32,935 nucleotides of DNA. Origin: an uncultured Thermotogae bacterium (GTDB lineage Bacteria > Bipolaricaulota > Bipolaricaulia > M55B111). Below are positions 9,074 through 16,747 of the stretch, piece after piece (position 1 is the stretch's first letter; the number at the start of each line of letters is the position of its first letter). The position numbers and the translations under genes were made by a program. The DNA is taken from positions 1-32,935 of the forward strand of contig CAZNVA010000002.1 in the NCBI GenBank assembly GCA_964576335.1, written 5' to 3'. The notes beneath the pieces were generated by a model. The model ran no database searches. It saw nothing but the letters and a program-made list of their open reading frames with translations, and was not told the origin of the DNA.

Positions 9074-9802
9074 ATGAGTGAAGTAAGACTAACCGATATT
9101 TACGATAACGTGAGTTTAAAACGGGGTATCATCCCCGGATGGGGCTTCTCGGCACTTCTTTCCGGCCCCGGCTTTGAGTTGCTCTTCGATACGGGAGCGG
9201 ACGTAAAAATACTCAAGGACAACATGGAATTGCTGGAAGTATCACCCAACAGCCTTGACGGGATATTTCTCTCACATCCGCACTGTGACCACGTGGGTGG
9301 CCTATCGGCGATCCTGCGGAAAAACCCGGATCTCAAGGTTTATTTGACTGAAGCCTTCCCCGGGGTGTTAAAGGACAAAATAAAGGATTACGGAGCAAAA
9401 CTCGTGGAGCTTAACGAACCAGGAGAAATACTTCCCAATGTGCATTCGACGGGTGAAATCAAGGGTGATTACAGGGGCAACGATTTACCCGAGCAGAGCT
9501 TAATTATATCCACCGGGAATGGTCCTGTAGTGGTATCTGGCTGTGCCCATCCGGGTATCAGCGTCATAGTGAAAAAAGCCAGTAAAATCATGGCAGAGCC
9601 ACCTTACCTGGTGGCGGGTGGCTTCCATCTGGGTTCGAGTGAAGCGGGGCAGATCAGGAACGTAATTGAAGAATTTCAAAGCCAGTCCGTCGAGAAGCTC
9701 GCTCCGACTCACTGTACTGGCGACCGGGCAACTGCAATGATGCAAGAGGCTTACGGCGATGATTGCCTCAAGTTGGGAGCGGGACAGGTTATTGAAGTCT
9801 AA
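9074..9802 (+). CDS. MBL-fold metallohydrolase (COG1237-type)
   Basis: LLFDTG, SHPHCDHVGG, GCAHPG, GGFH and PTHCTG; SD AGGAGG. Confidence 0.9.
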   Translation: MSEVRLTDIYDNVSLKRGIIPGWGFSALLSGPGFELLFDTGADVKILKDNMELLEVSPNSLDGIFLSHPHCDHVGGLSAILRKNPDLKVYLTEAFPGVLKDKIKDYGAKLVELNEPGEILPNVHSTGEIKGDYRGNDLPEQSLIISTGNGPVVVSGCAHPGISVIVKKASKIMAEPPYLVAGGFHLGSSEAGQIRNVIEEFQSQSVEKLAPTHCTGDRATAMMQEAYGDDCLKLGAGQVIEV

Positions 9803-9831
9803 TTCGGCTTGCTTACCTTTATTTCTATAGT

Positions 9832-9860
9832 TTGAAAGATGGCGGGGCAGCCACTAGAAT
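9832..9860 (+). promoter_or_regulatory. Putative sigma70 promoter of the DUF151-tlyA-coaE operon
   Basis: TTGAAA-N17-TAGAAT directly upstream of SD GAGGTG. Confidence 0.7.
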
Positions 9861-9881
9861 AGGGCAGAAGAGGTGGAAGTC

Positions 9882-10388
9882 ATGGAGAGAGTTCGTGTAA
9901 AAGCTTTACTGGTTGATACTTCAAACAACGCACCAGTTGTCCTGCTCGAGGGCGAAGAGGACCGCAAGGTGATGCCAATCTGGATAGGCCAGAACGAGGC
10001 ACTGGCTATTTCTCTGAAACTTCAGGAAAAAGAATTCGAAAGACCGCTGACGCACGACCTGCTGAAATCAGTGCTGGACAAGCTAAATCGGGAGCTTGAA
10101 CGTGTGGTAATAGATGACCTGAGCAACAAAACTTACTACGCCACGCTCGTCCTTAAAGGTCCCGAGGAAGAAGAACTGAAAGTGGACTCGCGCCCGTCGG
10201 ATTCCATCGCACTTGCCCTCCGCACCAATAGCCCCATTTTCGTTGACGAGGAAATTTTCGAGGACGTGGCCATGGAATCACCGTTTGACGAGGAAATAGA
10301 AGACGAAGAGGCCGGTGAAGAATTTGAGGACTTCCTCGATCAACAGATGGAGCTCAGAAAATTCAAAGAGTTCACCGACGATAACTAA
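9882..10388 (+). CDS. Bifunctional nuclease family protein (DUF151)
   Basis: PIWIG..EA..I, RPLTHDL and DSRPSDSIALALR. Start moved to ATG 9882 based on the SD position. Confidence 0.9.
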   Translation: MERVRVKALLVDTSNNAPVVLLEGEEDRKVMPIWIGQNEALAISLKLQEKEFERPLTHDLLKSVLDKLNRELERVVIDDLSNKTYYATLVLKGPEEEELKVDSRPSDSIALALRTNSPIFVDEEIFEDVAMESPFDEEIEDEEAGEEFEDFLDQQMELRKFKEFTDDN

Positions 10389-10421
10389 ACTCACCTTTAG
10401 GGCTACCGGGACCGGAAAGAT

Positions 10422-11231
10422 ATGTCAGATAAAGAGAGGCTGGACGTACTGCTCCGGGACAGGGAAATCTGTAAAAGCAGAGAAAAAGCAAAAAGGGAGA
10501 TAATGGCTGGCAACGTATACGTTGATGGCCAGCTGGAGGACAAACCCGGCACTAGAGTGGCGAAAGGAGCAGATATAGATCTGAGGGGAAGGGAGCAAAA
10601 GTACGTTAGCCGTGGCGGCAAAAAGCTTGAAGGGGCGCTCGAGGAATTTGATGTAGAGGTTGACGGCTTTACCGCCCTGGATATCGGTGCATCCACTGGT
10701 GGTTTTACCGACTGCCTGCTCCAGAACGGTGCCCGAAAGGTCTGGGCTCTGGACGTAGGTAAAGGTCAGCTGGATTGGGGGCTCAGGCAGGACGAACGAG
10801 TAATTCCGATGGAAGACGTTAATGCCCGCTACCTTGAGCCAGAGGAAATAGGTACGAAGGTGGATTTGGTTACAATTGACGTATCCTTTATTTCCCTGGA
10901 ATTAATCCTCCCTCCGGCAAAAAACGTTCTCAAACCGAACGGGAAAATGGTTTCACTCGTTAAACCCCAGTTTGAAGCCGGGCCGGAGAGCGTGGAAAGC
11001 GGCGGCGTTGTAACTGACCCGGACGTTCACGTGGAAGTACTGGAAAACGTCAATGGCTTTGCCAGAGATAACGACCTCGCAGTTGTGGATTGCACTTACT
11101 CACGGATTCAGGGAAAATCCAGCAAGAATATCGAGTACCTGCTTCACCTTTCCAAAACAAAGGACGGCATTGATCCAGCTGTATTCCGGGAAGTCGTTAC
11201 TTCGGCCCATGAGGACTTCCAGTCGAACTGA
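10422..11231 (+). CDS. tlyA: TlyA-family rRNA (cytidine-2'-O)-methyltransferase
   Basis: N-terminal S4 domain, YVSRGGKKL, DIGASTGGFTDCLLQ, DVSFISL and LVKPQFE. Confidence 0.95.
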   Translation: MSDKERLDVLLRDREICKSREKAKREIMAGNVYVDGQLEDKPGTRVAKGADIDLRGREQKYVSRGGKKLEGALEEFDVEVDGFTALDIGASTGGFTDCLLQNGARKVWALDVGKGQLDWGLRQDERVIPMEDVNARYLEPEEIGTKVDLVTIDVSFISLELILPPAKNVLKPNGKMVSLVKPQFEAGPESVESGGVVTDPDVHVEVLENVNGFARDNDLAVVDCTYSRIQGKSSKNIEYLLHLSKTKDGIDPAVFREVVTSAHEDFQSN

Positions 11232-11833
11232 TGATCAAAGTTGCCTTAACTGGCGGCATTGCCACCGGTAAGACGGTATTTCTCGAAGCCGTGGAGGGGG
11301 TCTCCGGAGTGAAAACCCTTCAGGCCGACGAACTGGCAAAAGAGGTTTACCGCCCGGAGAATCCACATTTCGACGAGGTAGTAGAAATTCTGGGACAGGA
11401 AGTTTTAACTGAAAACGGCACGATAGATCTTGCCAGAGTATCGAATAAAGTATTCCAGGACAGAGAACTTCTACAGGAAATTGAAAGGATCTCCCACCCT
11501 TACGTAAGGGAAAGGATTGCAGAACTATCAACCCGGTTCGAAAGAGAAGGAGCTTCCCTTCTGATCGTGGAAATACCACTTTTCTTCCAATCTTCGGAAG
11601 TTGACCGGGAGGAATTTGACTACGTAGTGTTGCTCGCGCTGGAACACGACACGCAGGTGAAGAGGCTGGTGGAAAGGGATAACCTGAGTCGCTCCCGGGC
11701 GGAAGAGAGAATAAAAACCCAATCACTGCCCGAAAGTGCCGCCGAAGAAGCTGACTACATCATTAAAACCGATTCCAGCCCGGAGAATACGAGAAAAGAA
11801 GCCAGACGGGTGATCGGGGAGATCCTAAATTAA
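11231..11833 (+). CDS. coaE: Dephospho-CoA kinase
   Basis: ALTGGIATGKT, AD.LA, HPYV and EIPLFF; coupled to the tlyA stop (TGATG). Confidence 0.92.
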   Translation: MIKVALTGGIATGKTVFLEAVEGVSGVKTLQADELAKEVYRPENPHFDEVVEILGQEVLTENGTIDLARVSNKVFQDRELLQEIERISHPYVRERIAELSTRFEREGASLLIVEIPLFFQSSEVDREEFDYVVLLALEHDTQVKRLVERDNLSRSRAEERIKTQSLPESAAEEADYIIKTDSSPENTRKEARRVIGEILN

Positions 11834-13285
11834 CCCCTTTTCCCGGCACAAATCCCGCAGGTATTCCATGTCGTTGTACTCTATCCATTGGCCCCCGACT
11901 ACCTGGTATCGTTCATGGCCCTTACCCGCTACCAGCAGGGATTCTCCGGAATTAAGCTTTTCAACCGCGCTTTCGATTGCCTTTTTTCTGTCCGGAATGA
12001 TAGAGAGCAGGGAACTGTCTTCGATCCCCTCGGCTATTTCGTTCAGTATCTCCCACCGGTCTTCCTTTTTGGGGTTATCGTCAGTTATGTAAACCCTATC
12101 GGCGTATTCTTCCGCAACACTTCCCATCTCGGGCCTTTTTCCCCTGTCGCTTTCTCCCCCGCAGCCAAAAACTACCGAGACCGTATCGTAAAGCCGCTTT
12201 AATCCCGAGAGAGCATTCTCCAGAGCTCCTGAATTGTGGGCAAAGTCGACGTAGACGTCCGCCCCGTTTGCAAGTTCCAGTTTTTCCATGCGGCCCGAAA
12301 GTGGACCGGCTCCAGCCAACCTCTCCGTTATTTTCGCTAGCTTGACCCCTTTTACCAAACCTACGGTAATTGCAGCCAGTGAGTTGTATACGTTGTATTT
12401 TCCGAATAGGTTCAGGTCGACTCTGGAATTGCCCCACGGGGACCTTACATCGAAACTCAACCCTGAGGTATTTACCTGTACTTTCCTTGCCGTTACGTCC
12501 GAATCATCCCCAAGCCCGTACCTGATCGGTTTAGCTTCCGTAATACTCTCCAATTCCTCCGAAAATTCCTGGTCCCCGTTCAATACAGCGGTCCCATCAG
12601 GAGTTAGATAAGAAAAAAGCAGGCTTTTCTTGTTTTTGTATTCTTCCATAGTTTCGTGGTAGTCCAGGTGGTCCCGGGTAATATTTGTAAAGACCCCGAC
12701 GTCGAAATCAACTGCCGAGACTCGCCCCATGCTCAGACCGTGCGAGCTAACTTCCAGGACCAAGTTTTCCTTGCCCCTGGCTCGCGTGCTAGCAGCTGCT
12801 TCGTGAATACGTGGAGCTTCCGGTGTCGTAACTGGTTCAGGGTTTCCCGGCTGGTCGAGGTTTGTAATCGTGCTGATCGTCTCGCTTTCCCCTTTTCCAA
12901 AAACCTTGTTGATCAGGTGAACCGTGGTAGTCTTTCCATTCGTACCCGTGACACCCACTGTAAAGAGGTTAGATGTCGGTGCGCCGTAAAACTTGTGGCT
13001 GGCCGATGATAGAGCTCTCCTGCTATTTCTCACCTTTACGTAAGGTACGGAAAGGGATTCCACGGAACTGTAACTTTTCTCGCCAATTACTGCAGCTGCT
13101 CCCGCTTTAGCAGCGTTTTTTACGTAATCGTGTCCGTCGAAGTTTTCCCCTTCGACTGCGATGAATAAATCACCGCCCTTCACATTCCTGGAATCATGGG
13201 TTATTCCCGACAGAACGAGTTCTGTTTGACCGTAAACTTTTTCGTGATCCAGTTCTTTGATTAGTTCATCAAGATTCATTTTCAT
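11825..13285 (-). CDS. murE: UDP-MurNAc-L-Ala-D-Glu:diamino acid ligase
   Basis: DSR.V..GDLF, GVTGTNGKTT, TTPE, EVSSH, FTNITRDHLDYH, DFAH, FGCGG..D..KR and AGKGHE.YQ. Confidence 0.95.
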   Translation of the reverse strand: MKMNLDELIKELDHEKVYGQTELVLSGITHDSRNVKGGDLFIAVEGENFDGHDYVKNAAKAGAAAVIGEKSYSSVESLSVPYVKVRNSRRALSSASHKFYGAPTSNLFTVGVTGTNGKTTTVHLINKVFGKGESETISTITNLDQPGNPEPVTTPEAPRIHEAAASTRARGKENLVLEVSSHGLSMGRVSAVDFDVGVFTNITRDHLDYHETMEEYKNKKSLLFSYLTPDGTAVLNGDQEFSEELESITEAKPIRYGLGDDSDVTARKVQVNTSGLSFDVRSPWGNSRVDLNLFGKYNVYNSLAAITVGLVKGVKLAKITERLAGAGPLSGRMEKLELANGADVYVDFAHNSGALENALSGLKRLYDTVSVVFGCGGESDRGKRPEMGSVAEEYADRVYITDDNPKKEDRWEILNEIAEGIEDSSLLSIIPDRKKAIESAVEKLNSGESLLVAGKGHERYQVVGGQWIEYNDMEYLRDLCREKGLI

Positions 13286-13811
13286 GTTTTCCGACCTCGT
13301 AGAGGTAAATAGGATGTCCCTGTTCGTTGACTTCTTCCTGCAATGGTTTCCAGCCAGGTAACTTATGGTAATAGGAGACTATACGAGTACCTTCGTCAAG
13401 TTCCTGGAGGAATTTATTGGCCAGTTTTTCGTTTGCTGCGCCCGACAAAAATATCAGTACGCCATCCGTACCGGAGACGTCCTTTTTGTACATATCCCCG
13501 GGCGACAGTCTCGCCCGGGGATATGTTCCCGATATCATTACTCGCAACCAGGAAAAGGCGACCCGAAGTGGATCTATCTCTACTCCGGTTGCGCGGAGAT
13601 CAAAATCTTTTACCGCCGCCGTGAGCGTCCTGCCGTCCCCGCACCCGAGATCGAACACCAGGTCCCCGGCTTCTAGATCAAGTAATTCCAGCATCCGTTT
13701 AATTGTCTCGCTATCAGTCGGCTGCCACCAGGCGTCAAGTGTCAGATTCCAGCTGATCCAGGTAAGAGACGCGACCAGACTTACGGTTAAGCCGATAGAG
13801 AGGGGAGATAT
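13269..13811 (-). CDS. Membrane-anchored class I SAM methyltransferase (FAM173/aKMT-like); start probably ATA
   Basis: N-terminal transmembrane helix, A.W.PT, FDLGCGDGR, GVEID and GTRIVS. The ORF-track start (13967) lies inside the tRNA. SD GGAGGT sits 7 nt before the in-frame ATA at 13811. Confidence 0.75.
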   Translation of the reverse strand: MSPLSIGLTVSLVASLTWISWNLTLDAWWQPTDSETIKRMLELLDLEAGDLVFDLGCGDGRTLTAAVKDFDLRATGVEIDPLRVAFSWLRVMISGTYPRARLSPGDMYKKDVSGTDGVLIFLSGAANEKLANKFLQELDEGTRIVSYYHKLPGWKPLQEEVNEQGHPIYLYEVGKHENES

Positions 13812-13884
13812 CTTAATTACCTCCGAAGGAAGATTTTGAGCTGTTTTTGGAACGACTGCAATGTTTGATTGAATTGCTGTTTGC

Positions 13885-13973
13885 TGGCGGAGGGGGTGGG
13901 ATTCGAACCCACGGAGCCAGGAAGGCTCTCCGGTTTTCAAGACCGGTGGTTTTGTCCACTCGCCCACCCCTCC
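13885..13973 (-). tRNA. tRNA-Ser (anticodon TGA)
   Basis: Acceptor stem GGAGGGG/CCCCTCC, discriminator G and encoded CCA. Anticodon arm CCGGT-CTTGAAA-ACCGG, long variable arm GAGCC/GGCTC, T arm GTGGG-TTCGAAT-CCCAC. Confidence 0.97.
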
Positions 13974-13987
13974 GAGAAAGTTAGGAA

Positions 13988-14016
13988 AGTTTAAGCCCTC
14001 TCGCGTTTACTGGCAA
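13988..14016 (-). promoter_or_regulatory. Putative sigma70 promoter of tRNA-Ser
   Basis: Minus strand reads TTGCCA-N17-TAAACT, ending 14 nt before the tRNA 5' end. Confidence 0.75.
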
Positions 14017-14020
14017 GGGG

Positions 14021-14449
14021 CTAAGAATTATCTTCCGTGTCCTCCGGCAGAGCTTCTTCCGGTAAATCCTCGTCTTCGACCTGGAGTTTTTGGACGTATA
14101 TATCCACGTGATTTACTTTTAAGCCGGTTTTTTCTTCAATATCTTCCTTTATTTTTTTCTGCGTTTTTTTTGCCACCTCGTGCACCGGATAACCCTGTTT
14201 TACGGCAATTTTTAGAGTGATTGAAACTTCGTCTCCGTCGAAGTCAATCGTTACTCCTCTACGCTGGCTGCCAAATATTCTACCAATATCCTCGGTTACG
14301 GAGGATTTCTTCTGTCCCAGACCTTCTATCTGCGAGGCACCGCCGGCTACTACGGCAGTTACCACTTTTTCGGATACCGTGATCGTGCCTTTCTCATTCA
14401 CCAGTCCGCCATCTATCTTCTGCCCTTCCAAATTTTCTTCTTCCGCCAT
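14021..14449 (-). CDS. Asp23/Gls24-family envelope stress response protein
   Basis: G.ITVSEKVV..V, RGVTI, GYPVHEVA...Q and TGLKV..VDIYV; ATG 14449 follows SD GAGGTG. Confidence 0.88.
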   Translation of the reverse strand: MAEEENLEGQKIDGGLVNEKGTITVSEKVVTAVVAGGASQIEGLGQKKSSVTEDIGRIFGSQRRGVTIDFDGDEVSITLKIAVKQGYPVHEVAKKTQKKIKEDIEEKTGLKVNHVDIYVQKLQVEDEDLPEEALPEDTEDNS

Positions 14450-14797
14450 ATTCTTCACCTCACCATTATTATAGTCATAAAGTAGATCGGTTCACACTTT
14501 CAAGATAAACTTCACGCCTTAGAATGAGTTGCTGGGATATTCAAGAAAAAAACACGATCGTGACCCAAACTCTTCGATAATTTTATCCGTATTTAGTCTC
14601 TGAAAGATTAAAGGGTGGTTTTATGAATTATTTTTCTTTAAATACGTCGACCCAAAATTATTCCCATTCTTTCGGACCAGGGATAGAAATAGTATTTTGC
14701 AGCACTTAGAATAGGTTTTAGTCTCATCGTACCAACCAAACTAGAACGCAAGAGATTAAGTTAACCTGATTATTAAGATAGAGAACGGGAGGAAAAA

Positions 14798-15319
14798 ATG
14801 TATATCGGGGTGGGAAGCACCAATCCGGTCAAGATCAAAGCCACTTCAGAAGGGTTTGAACTGGTGGGCGTTGAGCCCGATATAGTAGAATTCGACGTCG
14901 ATTCTGGAGTTTCCGACCAACCGACTTCCGACCGGGAAGCAATTACAGGAGCAAAAAACAGGGCGGAAAGAGTCAGGGATATAGATGATTTTGCCTTTAG
15001 CGTCGGAGTCGAGGGTTCAGTGAGCGATTCGGATTTCGGCATGTTTCTTACTGGTTGGGCTTATCTGGTAGACGAAGCCGGGGAAGAATACATCGGAGGT
15101 GGCGGAAGGCTGGAATTACCGAAATCGGTGGCGGACAGGATCCGGAAAGGAGAAGAGCTCGGTCCGATCATGGATGAAATTACTGATAGGGAAGAAGTAA
15201 AAAAGGGCCCGGGAGCTATAGGGATATTTACCGACGGCATAATCACCAGAAAGGATGCCTATCGAGATGCCCTTATCTTCGCCCTGGCTAAATTTTTAAA
15301 CCCCGGGTTTTATGATTAA
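14798..15319 (+). CDS. yjjX: Inosine/xanthosine triphosphatase (DUF84)
   Basis: GSTNPVK, SGVSDQP, GAKNRA, GVEG, ELG..MD and GAIGIFT. Confidence 0.92.
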   Translation: MYIGVGSTNPVKIKATSEGFELVGVEPDIVEFDVDSGVSDQPTSDREAITGAKNRAERVRDIDDFAFSVGVEGSVSDSDFGMFLTGWAYLVDEAGEEYIGGGGRLELPKSVADRIRKGEELGPIMDEITDREEVKKGPGAIGIFTDGIITRKDAYRDALIFALAKFLNPGFYD

Positions 15320-15401
15320 TTCCCTAAAGAAACTTTCGAGGTAACCCGATTACGTCTCCGGGATCGAAACCACCCTCGTGAAATTGTTTTTGGCTTCTCA
15401 T

Positions 15402-15427
15402 GAACCCCGCCCTATGAGACGGGGTTC
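15402..15427. other. GC-rich hairpin between convergent genes (terminator or IS200/IS605-type end palindrome)
   Basis: GAACCCCG-N10-CGGGGTTC. On the minus strand the stem extends by three pairs (two of them G-U) around a 4-nt loop. Confidence 0.6.
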
Positions 15428-15511
15428 TTCGATTCAATTTTCTCCACATAACTCAACGGACTCAACCACGCGAGGATAGAGCTTACACGGTTATTGGGAC
15501 CTGTCCCCCAT

Positions 15512-16270
15512 CTATTCCCGTTCGCCGTAAAGTTCCGTCAGTTTATGCAGGAACTCCTTTGTCCGGCTATGTTCGGGGTTGTTGAAGAACTGCGTTGGCG
15601 TACCCTGTTCAATGATTTTTCCGCCTTCCATGAAAATGATTTCGTCAGAAACGGAATTGGCGAAACCCATTTCGTGTGTCACTACGAGCATGGTCAGGCC
15701 CGACTCAGCCAGGTCCTTCATTACCTCCAGCACCTCACCTATTAACTCCGGATCGAGGGCCGAGGTCGGTTCGTCAAAAAGTATTATCTTTGGTTCCATG
15801 GCCAGCGCCCTGGCGATTCCAACCCTCTGCTTTTGGCCACCCGATAGCTGGGCAGGATAAGAGTCTGCCTGATCGGACAACCCAACTCTCTCCAGTTCCA
15901 TCTGACCGGTATCCTTCGCCTTTTCCTTGTCAAAACCTTTCACCTTTCGCAGTCCGAGAGTGACGTTACCAAGTGCGGTTAAGTGTTCGAACAGGTTGAA
16001 GTGCTGAAAGACCATTCCAATGTTCTGGCGAAACCTGTTTATATCTTTGGAACTGTCGGTCACTTCTTCACCTTCCAGCCAAACCTGACCCTGGTCCGGT
16101 TTAGTTAGCTGGTTGATACAGCGGAGCAAAGTACTTTTGCCCGTACCGGAAGGACCGATAATAACTTTGGTTTCTGCCTGATCCATGTCAAAGGAAACGC
16201 CTTTTAATACTTCTTCGTCACCGTACCTTTTATATACGTTTTCTACCGTTAGCAGATTGTCTTTGGCCAT
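15512..16270 (-). CDS. Polar amino acid ABC transporter ATP-binding subunit (GlnQ-like)
   Basis: [47 protein letters not shown] and VTHEMGFA. Start moved to ATG 16270, after SD GGAGGA. Confidence 0.93.
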   Translation of the reverse strand: MAKDNLLTVENVYKRYGDEEVLKGVSFDMDQAETKVIIGPSGTGKSTLLRCINQLTKPDQGQVWLEGEEVTDSSKDINRFRQNIGMVFQHFNLFEHLTALGNVTLGLRKVKGFDKEKAKDTGQMELERVGLSDQADSYPAQLSGGQKQRVGIARALAMEPKIILFDEPTSALDPELIGEVLEVMKDLAESGLTMLVVTHEMGFANSVSDEIIFMEGGKIIEQGTPTQFFNNPEHSRTKEFLHKLTELYGERE

Positions 16271-16306
16271 CTTTTCCTCCCAGGATGAATTGTGAAATAC
16301 CCCATA

Positions 16307-16335
16307 AATATAAGAAATTTTATTGAAAATACCAA
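16307..16335 (-). promoter_or_regulatory. Possible sigma70 promoter of the ABC ATPase gene
   Basis: Minus strand reads TTGGTA-N17-TATATT. The DNA is AT-rich, so a chance match is possible. Confidence 0.35.
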
Positions 16336-16747
16336 TAGGGTTCTCGCTCCTGACCAAAAATGTCAAGTAATTCCAGCGGTTCATTGAAAGTCTTGAATAT
16401 TCATACTTTATTTACAAAACTCCAGTAAATTTTTCATGTGTTCCACTAAAATTTGAGCCCCTTTTTAGCGTCGGGGTCGGAGATATTAAAATACGGCGGT
16501 TCGTTACCCATAGAACCAAAACTCTGCAGGGGTAAATTTCTGGTAACAGTAGGTTTTCTCTGGTTTTCTCAGTTCGCCGGTCACTTGAGGCTTGTTATTC
16601 GCTATTAGCCTGCAAAATTGTTTTATGAACCGTTATTATTACAAAAATAGATGATAATTCTGATGCCAACTCCTAGGAGTTATGGATAATTGCTTGTACG
16701 TAAACGGTATTGTTGCCGTTATTTATAAATAAAGCTGGGAGGTTCAC

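Noticed and set aside
10422-11231. Haemolysin or virulence factor
   Set aside because: TlyA is primarily an rRNA methyltransferase and sits here in a housekeeping operon.
13812-13967. N-terminal extension of the methyltransferase ORF (MGEWTKPPVLKTG...)
   Set aside because: It is a read-through translation of tRNA-Ser and the spacer. The SD lies downstream, at 13824-13819.
13885-13973. tRNA as an integration site for a genomic island
   Set aside because: There is no integrase, I saw no duplicated tRNA 3' end in the window, and the flanking genes are housekeeping.
16271-16384. Longer N-terminus of the ABC ATPase in the ORF track
   Set aside because: It is AT-rich promoter-like DNA. SD GGAGGA supports ATG 16270, which gives a typical GlnQ length.
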